Part shown: one piece after another, positions 27,101 to 41,006 of the stretch
How positions within the stretch are numbered: position 1 is the stretch's first letter
Layout: every line of letters begins with the position of its first letter
Assembly (NCBI GenBank): GCA_964016885.1
Contig: OZ024746.1
Coordinates: 24,366,001-24,430,000 of the forward strand
Reading direction: 5' to 3'
DNA from: Eledone cirrhosa
Taxonomy: Eukaryota
DNA length: 64,000 nt
Notes under the pieces: generated by a model
Seen by the model: the letters and a program-made list of their open reading frames with translations, nothing else
What the model was told of the DNA's origin: nothing
Database searches by the model: none
Translations under genes and position numbers: made by a program

Positions 27101-28689
27101 AATGATAATAATAATAATGAATATAATAATGATAATGGTTTCTGATTTAGGCACAAGGCCAGCAATTTTGGGGGAAGGGAAAGTCGATTAAATCGACTCC
27201 AGTGCGTTACTGGTACTTTATTTTATCGACCCCGTAAGGATGAAAGGCAATTTGAACTCGAACGTAAATAATAATAATAATAATAAAAGAAATTGCTTAG
27301 GTCAACAACAACAATATTTACCTCTATCTAGGTAATCATCTCTACTCATGCTTCTGGTATCACTAGGGGGTTAGAGAGAAATTACTTTAGGTAAGTAGAT
27401 GGACAGTAGGAATGATTTAGACATGCAATAAACCTATTCTTCTTTATTTTTCTTCGTTAACAATGATTACTAGAATCTTCCGTGCAGCAGTGGTGAACGT
27501 ATCAGGTCACTATGGACTGATTATTTCAATTCTGTTCCAAGTAATTGTAATTTTCTGTTAACTTCTACGACAATCTCACTAATGACGTCACGTCTTTGAA
27601 CAATGACCACATGAAAGTCAGTAATATTGGCGAAACTTTGAAGTAAAACAATCAGCATTAATGGTTTCTAATTTAAGTATAAAGAAAGACTGGCGAATTG
27701 GCAGAATTGGTAGAGCATCGGACAAAATATTTTGTGGCATTCTGCCAATATTAAAAACAGTTATTTCGTCTATTTCCCAGAACAATAATGAAATGTTTAG
27801 TTCCCTAAGTGAAATACAGTAGGAAACCTCCTATACAGAAAGTGAGTAATACTGGCGAAACTTTGAAATAAACAATCAGTATTAAGGCCTGCAATTTTGA
27901 GGAGAGGGAATAATCGAATAGATTGAGCACAGCACTTGACTGGTACTTTATTTTACCGGCTCCAGAAGGATGAACAATAGAATAACGTTGGGGGGATTTA
28001 ATCTCGGAACGTAAAAGGCAGAAATAATACGACGAGGTGTTTTGTCCAAGGCTCTATATAAAGTATATGAATCCTTCATTCAGTGCATGTTAGGTTTTTA
28101 CCATAAAGACCTCCTTTGGTCACGAATAACCATGGGTTTTGCACCTAAAAACTTTCCCTCTGTGGCATAAGCCCGGGCAAGGTGTTTTTTTCTGTCGTCC
28201 ATGCATACCAGTCTCCATTTTCCGTGCCATCGGAAAAAAATAAAAGCCGATTCAGCTTTGTGTCAGTGACGTCGCAACTCATTTTCTCCAGTTGAGTGAA
28301 CTGGAGCAACGTGAAATAAAGTGTCTTGCTCAAGGACACAATTCATTGCCCGGTCCAGAAATGGAATTCACAACCTGACGATTGTGAGTCCAAGAACCTT
28401 ACCCTTGCCACTAAGCCATAAAACAAACATTTATATAGAGATAATATAATTGTTTCTACTTTTAGCACAAGGCCAGCAAATTACCAGTGTATTACTGGTA
28501 CTTTATTTTATCGACCCCGTAAGGATGAAAGGCAAAGTTAACCTCGGCGGGATTTGAACTCAGATCATAAAGGGAGGTAACTCTATGCTTCAAAGCATGG
28601 CGCCCGACCCTCTACCGATACTGCCAATCCACCGCCCTTTTATATAGAGATAATATTTATATAGAGATAATATAATAAAATAACGGTTG

Positions 28690-28848
28690 CAACGTAGCCG
28701 AATGGTTAATAAGTTCGCTTCACAATCACGAGGTTTCAGATTCAGTCCTTCAATGTGGCACCTTGGCCAACTGTCTTTTACTATAGCCTTAGATTGAATA
28801 GGGCTCTCTGGGTAGAATTTGGTAAACGGAAACTTTGCGGAACTATGT

Positions 28849-28850
<2 letters not shown>
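28690..28850 (+). mobile_element. tRNA-derived SINE family C
   Basis: GGTTAATAAGTTCGCTTC..GGCACCTTGGCCAACTGTCTT..TTTGGTAAACGGAAACT. Relatives at about 7375-7565(-), 21220-21320(-), 48975-49120 and 52320-52480. Confidence 0.65.
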
Positions 28851-28940
<90 letters not shown>

Positions 28941-29279
28941 AATACAATAATAGAGATAGTTTAAAGCTAAACTCTGACTGGTAACCATCTCACTCAACAA
29001 ACATTAGGTTATATTTTAATATGAACCCAATTTAAGTGTTTGGGGTGCTAACTATATGTATTATGTGGAAAAGCCAGTTGTATTATTTTATGAGATATAA
29101 TTAAAGTTAAAATATATATATATATATAGTATCGTCTTCCTGTCTTCCTGTCTTCCTCCGGTTGCAACGTTTTTTGAAATATCCACTTCTGCGTTTGCAG
29201 ATTGACTTTGTTAGTTTCAGAAGATCCCGTTAAGCATGAAAGCAGCGATTCTTTGCTTAAACTTTAATCTGTTATTTTA

Positions 29280-29337
<58 letters not shown>

Positions 29338-29484
29338 TTATATATATATATATATATCGATTCCTGGACCGGGCGATGCGTTGTGTCTTTGAGCAAGACA
29401 CTTTATTTCACGTTGCTCCTTCTACCTGGAGTTGCGACCGATAGATAGTATTAGCAACTGGAAAGACCGACGAAAACATTGTTT

Positions 29485-29574
<90 letters not shown>

Positions 29575-30334
29575 ATATTTACTGTCTCTCTACGTCCCTT
29601 AACTAAGCTTTTCGACAAAAAGTGATGAAAAATAAATATCTACCAAACTTGATGTATCTACATTTAAACAGTTAATCACAAGTTAAATTTTATCCCGAAT
29701 TCTTCTTGAAATATGATTTGATAATTAAGAAATGCCATCTACAGCAGATTCATTTGAAGAATTAATCCAATTTCAAATTTAATATCATTCACTTTCAAAG
29801 CTTCTGGCACCTAGAAAACTGTCATTTCTGCACGCTTAGACAATATTTGTGCCTACGTGCTAACGACGAAGTTTCTTCGTCGCTTCACACCCTGCTAGAA
29901 ATGACAACTTAATTTCCTCAAAAATGACATCATAGACCATAAAAATACACATATTTTCTTTAATTCTAGATGTATTTCGGTAGTGCATATGCTTCGAATA
30001 TAACTTAAATTACATATAGGAGACAAAAGCATTTCTATAAAATAAAGTTAACCGCTACTCTTGTTTTCTATTGCATTATTTAATATAAGACTGAGTTCAA
30101 ATCTGAGTTCAAATCCCGCCGAGGTTGACTTTGCCTTTCATCCTTACGGGGTCGATAAAATAAAGTACCAGTAATGCATTGGGTAATTGCTGGCCTTGTG
30201 CCTAAAGTAGAAATAATTATTTAATATAAGACTGGTTTACTTAATCCTGAGATTTTAGTAATAAGTGAGCTGTAAACCTATCATCCATTACTGGCCGTCT
30301 GCTGCCCCACGGTGCAATGTGTCCAACAATTTGC

Positions 30335-30539
30335 CCGAGTGATGGTTGACTGAAAAGTTCATAGGCTGACCAAGATACTCTCATGGTATGACCAAATGAG
30401 GTTTATTTTTCAACATAGTCCCTGGAAAGAAATAATGCAGTTATTGTAAGAAGACTTGAAATTAAGGCCTGAAAGATTTCACAGCACTAGCATCATTCCT
30501 TCATAGTTAATCTATTAACTTTTTCAGCCGACCCTCGTA
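30335..30539. mobile_element. Mariner-type MITE (same family)
   Basis: Same interior, right TIR intact. Confidence 0.83.
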
Positions 30540-31154
30540 AATCGCAAGAAGTATTTGTGGTTCTCATCATATAGATGTCTGGCAGACACATGGGAGACGT
30601 CAGAGAGACGCCAGTATCGATTGATTCGACCCAAAACTATTATAGTATATTTTAATTTAACCGTCATAAAGAACATTTTCTGTGACAGAGACTGGGATTT
30701 TTGATAAATGCTCTTAGTTTGACTAAATATCTATTTAGTGAATAGTCAACCAAATAACTATACAACATCTTGCATATATATTCCGCTACTAAAAGATACG
30801 CATGATATGGTATAGATTGAAGTGAATTTACGTTCTCTTATCTATATAGTAGAATTTGTTTATATGGGACCGAAGCTATCAGCTTCAAACAGTAATGAGG
30901 TTTCTGTCAACCGCAGAATTCCATTACCATGGGCAGCTTGGTCTAAAAATCTAGAACACCTTTTGATATCTAATAGAATACCAATTAAAATCAAAGCTAA
31001 GATATATAACATTTACATTGCCCCTGTAATTATGTGTGAATTAAATTGTGACACTAATCTGAATAAATGTAAAAATTAATTAAAAAAATTGAAGTATTTC
31101 AAAGCCGTGTCGTGAGGTTTATTATTATTGGTAAAAACTTGCCTCTGAAATAAA

Positions 31155-31480
31155 TGACATCACCACCACCATCATCACCGCTACTACCACCATCACCACC
31201 AGCATCACCACCACCATCACTATCACCAACACCACCATCACTACCACTATCACCACCACCATCACCACTACCATCACCCCTATCATCACCACCAGCACTA
31301 TCACCACCATCATCACCACCACCATCGTCACCAGCTCCACCACCACCACCACTACTACTACCACCCACCCTCACCACCACCATCATCACAACCACCCCCA
31401 CCTCCATCGTCTGTACCACGACCATCACCACCACTACAGCAACAACAACAACGACGACAACGCCGACGACGACAACAACA
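31155..31480. repeat. (CAC/CAT)n to (CAA/CGA)n trinucleotide tract
   Basis: Direct inspection. Confidence 0.9.
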
Positions 31481-31806
31481 CTGGTGGGTTTATAAAGCCA
31501 TTAGTTACTTATTTCTCTGTAGACAGAGAAAGGTTTATACAAAACTCGAGACAGGTGGTTCAGTCTTTTTCGTTCCACAGAGACACAAAACAGACACATG
31601 TTTATAATATGTCAGTGTATTTATTTAGACATGTATACAGCTTTGGTTAAACCTTGTGCTGTTATATACAGATATGTATTTATAGTATATCTCAGCAGCT
31701 TAGTACGCAATTTAATATTTAACAGTAATTATTATCTATTTGGCATTTCTGGAGATATAGCTTATAGCGATTTCATCGGTTGATTCGTGTTGTTAGTGTT
31801 TGTCAC

Positions 31807-31890
<84 letters not shown>

Positions 31891-31894
31891 CATT

Positions 31895-32590
31895 AAAACA
31901 ACAACAGAAGACCGGGTTTGAAAATTTACTTTAGAATCTTTATTCCGCGAAAACACTATACATATTTCGATGGCCCTTCCCTCTCATCCAATTATGATGC
32001 AAGACTAGGCGATTTCATCAGGTGTTATTTGTGGAATTATATAACAGGATTACGTTGAACCCAAACAGAGAATAGAAAATTGAAAATAGAGGACCGATTC
32101 AGGGACAGCCTGCCAATTCTGTGTTATATCGCTGGCAGACGGTCCCGTCAGTGTGTCTGTATCGTGTGTATGTGTGTGTTTTCCTATGTATAAATTACAT
32201 GGATTATTCTCCTATATGTGTTTTTATTACGCGTAGGGAATTGTTAAATATTTATATGCTGTATATTTGTTTTCTTACGTGTGAGTGTATTTATGTGATT
32301 GTTATCCATATAGGTGGAGTGTGCTGTGTTTTGTTAAAGGTGTATATGTTATTTATGTATATATTATTTATAGAGCTTATTGCATTTAACCGTATTTGGG
32401 TTCAGTGTGATTGTATGGTGTTGGTTTGAGACCAATTTAGTGGACTAAGGCGATGTTAGACAGTGGTGTTTTGTGTGCTTGGGGGTGTTTTCTTCCCTGC
32501 TACGAGTAGATTTGATTTTCTATGCGGGCATCTTCTAAATAATTCATCTTTAGGGTTTAGGTATTTATCCGAAGAGGTATATATAAGTGT
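31895..32590 (-). mobile_element. Penelope-like element 3' fragment: ORF C-terminus, 3' UTR and hammerhead
   Basis: YTSSDKYLNPKDELFRRCPHRKSNLL resembles the LNxxxELxxxCxH tail after PLE GIY-YIG domains. A hammerhead lies downstream on the same strand, and microsatellites flank the fragment. Confidence 0.65.
31952..32026 (-). ncRNA. Minimal hammerhead ribozyme
   Basis: AACAC CTGATGA aatcgcc...ggccatc GAAA TATG TA ta GTGTT. Confidence 0.65.
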
Positions 32591-32602
32591 GTGTGTATGG
32601 AC

Positions 32603-32639
<37 letters not shown>

Positions 32640-32702
32640 ATCACATTTATTCATACATTATTCATATATACATACATATACAATATATATATATATATAT
32701 AT

Positions 32703-32896
32703 ATAGGAAAATGTTTAACCCCGACGGCAGAGCTCAAGCCGTTTCGACGGCTATTTCAGTCCAGAATTACTCGTCGAAACGGCTTGAGCTCTGCCGTCGG
32801 GGTTAAACATTTTCCTATTACCCACTCTACTACCCTAAGTATTGAGTACTCTGGTGCGTTATGGTCCATCTGATTCCTTACCACATTTCCTTCGTT
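32703..32896 (+). mobile_element. Fold-back palindrome plus about 80-bp tail in (TA)n, probable Penelope inverted pLTR relic (family P1)
   Basis: About 50-bp inverted arms followed by tacccactctactaccctaagtattgagtac...ccttcgtta. Confidence 0.65.
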
Positions 32897-33627
32897 ATAT
32901 ATATTTAAATTATGAGATGACAAACTAAACGATTTACTCAATTTAGTTTCGATAATCGATGTTATGTGTTCAATATTCGGCCCGGGTCCATAAAATAACT
33001 GCGAGTATTGTATAGTGTTGGAGATTAACTGATTCTGAAACCCCCCACCTGCATCCCAACCGACCCAAACAGAAATTGGCCAAGTACTGAATAGAAATGG
33101 AATCGATATTAATATTGCCTATAGATCTCCTTAATTTTAGAAGAATTCTTCTTCTTCTTCTTCTTCTTCTTCTTCTTCTTCTTCTTCTTCTTCTTCTTCT
33201 TCTTCTTCTTTTACTGGTACCATGCTTGGATAATGTTCTTTCTGTATGTAAGAAAAACAAAATATTTTCTGCACTAGCTTTTCCAAAGTCACGTAGAAGT
33301 GAGTGTAAAGAATTCGATTCCATTGTAAATTTTTTTGGATCGAAAGTCTTTTTTTCCTGTTTTCGATTTATGAAAGCTTAATGGCATTGTGTAACATAAT
33401 AACTAGATTTCGTTTTGGAGCGTGTTCAAGTATTAAAGAAAAGTACTGTACAAGCTGCTACGTTGCACATATCAACGAGCTGGTTATATCTGACAAAAAG
33501 TGTTTCAGTGACCACGGAGTTGTTGGACTACGGGACCTTTTAGACACCTCTAATGATGATACTGCGATAGAATGTAAAACAATATTTCGGTATTTTAGCG
33601 CCTCTTCTGTATGTATTGTGTGAATAA

Positions 33628-33661
<34 letters not shown>

Positions 33662-33667
<6 letters not shown>

Positions 33668-33851
33668 AAGTTTAACTACGACGGCAGAGCTCAAGCCGTT
33701 TCGACGGCTATTTCTGGACAGAAATAGCCGTCGAAACGGCTTGAGCTCTGTCGTCGGGGTTAAACTTTTTCCTATTACCCACTCTACTACCCTAAGTATT
33801 GAGTACTTTGGTGCGTTATGATCCACCTGGTTCCTTACCACATTTCCTTCG

Positions 33852-33854
<3 letters not shown>
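33662..33854 (+). mobile_element. Family P1 fold-back element
   Basis: Same arms and tail with a different loop. Confidence 0.65.
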
Positions 33855-33939
<85 letters not shown>

Positions 33940-34153
33940 ATAATAATAAATTTGAAGACTAAAATCCAAAGAGGGCTCGATAAGGATAAATATATATCAA
34001 ATATATAAGAACCGTAGAGCAAATATTTATTAAAATAACAGATTAAAGTTTAAGCAAAGAATCGCTGCTTTCACCCTTAACGGGATCTTCTGAAACAAAC
34101 CCGTTAAGGGTGAAAGCAGCGATTCTTTGCTTAAACTTTAATCTGTTATTTTA

Positions 34154-34160
<7 letters not shown>
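33940..34160 (-). mobile_element. Second fold-back family (P2): 61-bp arms plus tail
   Basis: 34024-34084 is inverted at 34100-34160. Single-arm relatives at about 29130-29285, 35275-35425 and 38040-38245. Confidence 0.6.
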
Positions 34161-34225
<65 letters not shown>

Positions 34226-36222
34226 GACATTCTCGCTCTACATGGCTCAATACAATAAATGTAATCTGAGTTTTTCGAATATTAATAATTGTTTCTACGT
34301 TAGGCACAAGGCCAGCAATTACCTAGTGTATTACTGGTACTTTATTTTATCGACCCCGTAAGGATGAAAGGCAAAGTTAACCTCGGTTATTAAGTTATTA
34401 ATAATAACATTTGATTCGTTTGCAATTATACAAACAAGCCTCATTTTTATAACCATGTCAGTAGAATGAACCCTTCATTCTTGCTCTTTTGTTGGCATGT
34501 AAACAGAATTGCAAACGAATTGAATGTTATTATTAATATTCGGGGTCGATGAAGTAAAGTACCAGTAATGTACTGAGTAATTGCTGGCCTTGTGCCTAAA
34601 ATAGAAACAATTATTAATATTCGAAAAACTCAGATTACATTTATACATATACATATATATATATATGCATATGTCTTTACATTTATTATGCAGTATCGGT
34701 AGAGGGTCGGACGCCGTGCTTTCCAGCATAGTTACGTCCCTTTATGATCTGAGTTCAAATCCCGCCGAGGTTGACTTTGCCTTTCATCCTCACGGGGTCG
34801 ATAAAATAAAGTACCAGTAATGCACTGGGTAATTGCTGGCCTTGTGCCTAAAGTAGAAACAATTATTACTATATAATAATAAATGTGAAGACTAAAATCC
34901 GAAGAGGACTTGATAAGGATAAAATTTTCAATAGAATCGAATTCATTACACTCACTTCTACGTGACTTTGGAAAAGCTAGTGCAGAAAATATTTTCGTTC
35001 AACAAATTTATTTACATTATTCTTAAAATAAAGTACCAGTAATGTACTGAGTAATTGCTGGCCTTGTGCCAATAGTAGAAACAATTATTCTTAACTCTGG
35101 AGCTGAGAATTATTCGGTTTCCTAAATAGAATATTAGTCTAATGACTCCATTTATACCATAAACGTGGTTTTGGTTTTTTGTCTTTGCGTGAAATTGTTC
35201 TCATTGTTCCACATAACGACGTATTATCTTCGCTTTTTTCCGTTCATTGCCAGGGAACGTCTTCACGAACCGAAGTATCGTCTTCCTGTTTTCCTTCGGT
35301 TGCAACGTTTTTCGAAATATTTACTTCTGCGTCCACAGATTGTTTTTTGTTTTTTTTTTGTTTCAGAAAATCCCGTTAAGGGAGAAAACAGCGTCTTTGC
35401 TTAAACTTTAATCTGTCATTTTAATATAGCTATATCAAGCGTTAACCTAATATATCCCTTCCATATACTGTACCGATTGTGTTGTTATTTCTGTTTACCT
35501 TTTACATACATATATATATATATATATCAGGATTACCAGTTTTAAACTAGTAAGAACTTTGTTCAACAGAGTACTCGATACTTGGGATAGTAGAGTGTCG
35601 GGGCTTGACAGCTGAGCTCTTACCGTTTCGACAGCAAATTCCACATTGAGTGAGTAATTGACATTAGAGTGAATATATTTCCTATGACTTCGTCACTATA
35701 ATATATATATATAAAAAATTTAATATAGAAATTGCTTCTCCAGGACTAAACTTTCCAGGTGATTTCCTTTGAATGAAACAGTTCTAGTCCTGTAGAAGCA
35801 ATTTCTATATCAAATTTGTTGTATACACTCTACTAATATATTGACTACCTTACTTACCGTGATTACCTCCGATTGGACTCATATATATCTATATATATCT
35901 ATCTATCTAAGGCGGGTAAAATTCCCGAGATCCATGGACGAGTTCTCTCCAGCGGTCTCTGTCCCTCATTATCGCTGCCATGTCCTGCGTCTCCAACAGA
36001 CCAGTGTCTGTCCTTGGGGCATCAACATACGTTAACCTTATATATATATATATACATTTTGAGGATATGTTGGTTGTTTACCGATACCTCAGTATGGAGG
36101 TTGGAGCACTCGACGAAGTACGCAGGTTGGTTTGTTTACTCCGGAGTAATGTAAAATAAGTAAGTCATGTTACATTTGTAACATGTAACATGTTAAATTT
36201 GGCTTCATTTATTATAAATTCT

Positions 36223-36275
36223 CTGCTATATATATTTCAGTGACAGCTATTATTGGCTGTGACCTCATCAGGCAG
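36223..36275 (-). ncRNA. Minimal hammerhead ribozyme
   Basis: CTGC CTGATGA ggtcacagc caataata gctgtcact GAAA TATA TA ta GCAG. A paralogue with GAAA>AAAA lies at 40888-40941(+). Confidence 0.75.
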
Positions 36276-36420
36276 TACGAATTAATGTAGAAAAAACAGG
36301 TAAACATGGTGTTGAAATGTGTTCCCCTCTGTCAATTCATCGATATGTCCAGCTCCTGGGTGTGTCATTAGTTCCCCGAGGAACTGAAATCATATTATAT
36401 ACAGTGAATCATATTACATA

Positions 36421-36490
36421 CAGTGACTGATCGGCCTGATTTGCATATTAGCAGACTGGCTAATATGCAAATCAGGCCGATCAGTGACTG
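36421..36490. repeat. 70-bp near-perfect hairpin, Tc1/mariner-like mini-MITE
   Basis: TA-CAGTGACTGATCGGCCTGATTTGCATATTAGC-agactg-GCTAATATGCAAATCAGGCCGATCAGTGACTG-TA. Confidence 0.65.
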
Positions 36491-36758
36491 TATATTTTAG
36501 AAAATAGCATATATTTTCGCTAGCTCTGACAGTTGGCAGGTGAACAGTGAGCTGTACTGATGAAGGGTGATACCCAGAAACATTAGTGTCTGCAGTTCTG
36601 TTTACATGCCAACACAAGAGCAAGAATGAAGGGTACATTCTACTGACATGGCTTTAAAAATGAGGCTTGTTTGTATAATTGCAAACGAATCGAATGTTAT
36701 TAATATAAAAAAAAATCAGATTATATTTATTGTATTCAGCCATGTAGAGCGAAAATTT

Positions 36759-36800
<42 letters not shown>

Positions 36801-36894
36801 GGAAAAGCCAGGATTTGAACTCAGAACGCAGAGAACAGGAACCAATACCACAATGCATTCTATCTGAGGTTCTAATGTCTCTGCCAAGTTGCTG

Positions 36895-36959
36895 TATATA
36901 TATACATACATACATACATACATACATACATACATACATACATACATACATACATACAT

Positions 36960-36990
<31 letters not shown>

Positions 36991-37015
36991 TACATACATA
37001 CATACATACATACAT

Positions 37016-37055
<40 letters not shown>

Positions 37056-37173
37056 ACACACACACACACACACACATACATACATACATACATACATACA
37101 TACATACATACATACATACATACATACATACATACATACATACATACATTCATACATACATACATACATACAT

Positions 37174-37206
<33 letters not shown>

Positions 37207-37290
37207 TACATACATACATACATACATACATACATACATACATACATACACACATACATACATACACACATACATACATACATACATACA

Positions 37291-37321
<31 letters not shown>

Positions 37322-37336
37322 CATACATACATACAT

Positions 37337-37391
<55 letters not shown>

Positions 37392-37395
37392 CACA
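36895..37395. repeat. (TACA)n/(CA)n compound microsatellite
   Basis: Direct inspection. Confidence 0.95.
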
Positions 37396-37699
37396 CCTAT
37401 TTATCTATTAAATCTTTATAATTATTGCTAACACTACAGATGTTCACCCGTTTCTTAAGAATACAGATTTTACTCTAATCCACTTCTAGATCGATATTTT
37501 AATCATTCAGAAGAAGTGTTCTTAAGTCTACACAGCCGCTCCTTCATTACAGCAACGGTAAATGTCGTCTGCTTAACGAATTGGTCGTACAATCACGGAA
37601 GTACAATGTTTACTTTAATTAATTTGAATGAAAGACGTGGAAATTACGTGAATACTTATTTAGTGTGTGACAAGGCTCTCCTGCTGTCTCTCTCTTTCT

Positions 37700-37738
<39 letters not shown>

Positions 37739-37819
37739 CAAGGGAGTGTAAACACAGAAAATATCTTAAAAAATAATAAATAATTAAATTGCAAAAAATT
37801 CACTGTACTTACTATATGT

Positions 37820-37900
37820 GCCCTTACCGCGGTTTCAGATCCCAAACAAATAGATAATCCAAGTGGATTTCCATTGAGAAAGAGATCATCGTCGGAAGGC
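37820..37900 (-). ncRNA. Hammerhead-like motif with one core substitution
   Basis: GCCTT CCGACGA tgatctc...gggatct GAAA CCGCGG TA AGGGC. Confidence 0.55.
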
Positions 37901-38242
37901 TTTTCTCTCTCGGAGAATATAAAATTCCCGAGTTCAAATTACAAACTGGTGCCATTCAGAACTGCCTCACAATGAGAGTAAATGAATGATGAAACAATTT
38001 CTTTATGGTACCGTGTGCAAAGTAAATATTTCGAAAAACGTTTTTAGAAATATTTACTTCTGCGTTCACAGATTGATTTTTTTTAGTTTCAGAAGATCCT
38101 GTTAAGGGTGAAAGCAGCGATTCTTGGCTTAAATTTTAATCTGTTATTTTAATAAATATTTGCTCTACGGTTCTTATATATTTTATATATATTTATCCTT
38201 ATCGAGCCCTCTTTGGATTTTAGTCTTCAAATTTATTATTAT

Positions 38243-38297
<55 letters not shown>

Positions 38298-38375
38298 GTA
38301 ACACAACAGTTAGTTCAGCTCGTACTCTCGTCCGATGGACTGAGTGGTCTGCCACTACCGATATTACCTTCCAGT

Positions 38376-38495
<120 letters not shown>

Positions 38496-39143
38496 TTTAT
38501 ACGTATATATGTATATATGTATATATAATTTCAGCGAGATCGTATTTCGGCGGGGGCCAAAAACAAAACGAAACGCAATCTTCAAGATATGCAGCAAGCG
38601 CTCAACGGACTAAAAGAAGACTAGAACAATTAACATACATTATAAAGGCCAGATAAAATGAAAACAGTGGTCATGAAGCCATCAGCCACCGGAGCCAAAA
38701 AAAAACGAAGCAAGCTAAACAGGTTAACAAAAGAATTTACCTGGACCTCCTGGAAAGTGTTGGTAAAATCCAGTGGGAGGTTTCTGTGACCCCTAAATAA
38801 TTATACTGTCTGTTTTCGTTGTAAGCTTTTGGTATAACGATCGAACAAGGTAGCCATTTCGTCAACAGTATTTTGTTCTCAGCTACCGGGTTCCAACGCA
38901 GTAGTAGTGAAATGACTACCCCCACGTGTTTACCCTGCAGGGAGGTAACCCCGGTTTTAAAGAGAGTGAGAAGGGGAGAAAGGATTGACTTAGATACTTA
39001 TTTAGTGTACATTTAATGAATGATTTTAGCATGATCGATTACAACTAAATACAACTCTTAAAGATTCATTAGAAATCTTGTCTCACTTTGAGTAGCTTTT
39101 AAATGCCTATATGTCGACAAGAAGCATGGCTTGGTGGTTAGAG

Positions 39144-39459
39144 TAGCGTTTCTCAACCGGTGTTCCCCCAGAAACCTGGCGTTCCGTTAGAGGTCGCTAG
39201 GGGTTCCCGAGAAACTGATAAATAAGCTAATGGATTTTTGAGTAATTTTTGTTTAAATTTATATTCATAATTTTACTATACATATACGGCATATTGTTGG
39301 AAAATCCTTGGTTATTATAATAAAGACTTTCAAACTACGATAAAAATATAAAAGAGATAGATATTAATAATAGTATATAATAATTCTTATGCGGGGATTT
39401 CCCGAGACATGAAAACTATTTCAAATGTCTCACATGGGTAAACAGGTTGAGGAACGTTG
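39144..39459. mobile_element. hAT (Charlie-like) MITE nested in a SINE head
   Basis: Termini TAGCGTTTCTCAACC / GGTTGAGGAACGTTG, with 8-bp TSD-like GGTTAGAG / GTTTAGAG. Confidence 0.7.
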
Positions 39460-40586
39460 GTTTAGAGTGATCTGCTCACCATCGTGAGTTCGATTCCCCG
39501 CATAGAGTCAATTGAGATATTTACATTTGCTCAACCATATAAACTCAGACCATATGGTCAGGTCAGGCCAGTACAACCTGCTTCACGGTTGAGTGGTCGG
39601 CGACTAAATCAGCTCCCCCGCCAGACCCTGGTCTGGTTTGGTCAGGCTTCTGTCTGTTACTGGTACCATGTAACCCAGTACAACCTGCTTTGAGATCGAA
39701 TGGTCGGCGACTAAACTGGCTCCACCACCAGACCCTGATCTGGTGAGGAGGGTAAGTGAATCCCAGCACTACAAAAAACAAGAGCTGTTAAAATGGTGGA
39801 TGAACTTCTCAGAGTCAACGGCCATCCACCCCAACAGTGGATTAAATAGCCTCACCACCACGCAATTATCCAATTATAGTGAGTATGGCTACACCCCTTA
39901 CATGACCAAAACCAAACGGAAAGCAGTGGAGGTCAACAAGAGAAGGATTCCTCCAACAAGACTGAAAAGGCCCTATATTGGATAGACTCAGACTCCTTAG
40001 ACAACTTTTCTGCTGGTTCCATCTTAACGTCTGGTGTTGGTAAAATATTAACTCGCCTTTCTTTCCACAATTGCATGTGGGTAGATTCTTTGGACAGTCT
40101 ATTTTATCAACCTCCAGAAGGATGAAAGGCAAAGTTTACTATGATGGGATGTGAACTGAGAACGGAAAGGGTTGTAGCAAATACTGCAAGGTCTAACACT
40201 CTAACGACTCATGCTGCATGAGACAGCTTAATATCTAGCAATCCAAATAGCGACAGAGGAACAACTAAATGCTGAAGAAATATAGTATAGTATATAGCAT
40301 AGTATATAGTATAGTATATAATATATTATACAGTATAGTACAGCATATAGTATATTATACTGTATAGTATATAGTATAGTATATAGCACAGTACATAGCA
40401 TGGTATATAGTCTAATATATAACATAGTGTATAATATAGGATATTGCATAATATATAATATAGTATATCTCTCTTTTATCAGAGAGACGTTTACTTGATT
40501 CAGATCAACACAAAATTAATCTCCCGTAAAGTAGGTTCCTCTAACTTTAGTGGACTTGTTGTAGCGCTCCACCCAGCTTCTTTTAC

Positions 40587-40652
<66 letters not shown>

Positions 40653-41006
40653 CTGATTCCGCCCTGCCCGTCCCTTCAATGTTTCTAATTTCTCATTCTT
40701 TCTCCTGATGTAGGACTAGCGCCCGAAACGTTAAGACCCTCTTCTTGCTATTTCAAGCATTAAACTAATATATTCCTTCCTTATACTGTACCGATTGTGT
40801 TGTTATTTCTGTTATATATATATGTCCCAAGGCTCTGATACCATCAACACTATAAACACAGAGCTGGCATATCTAAGAACTGTCTAACTGCCTGATGAGG
40901 TCATAGCCATTCAATGGCTATCATCAAAATATATATAGCAGTAAATAAAGGATTATGAGTTCATGCAATTGACTTATGTTTCGTCACTATATATATATAT
41001 AAATAT

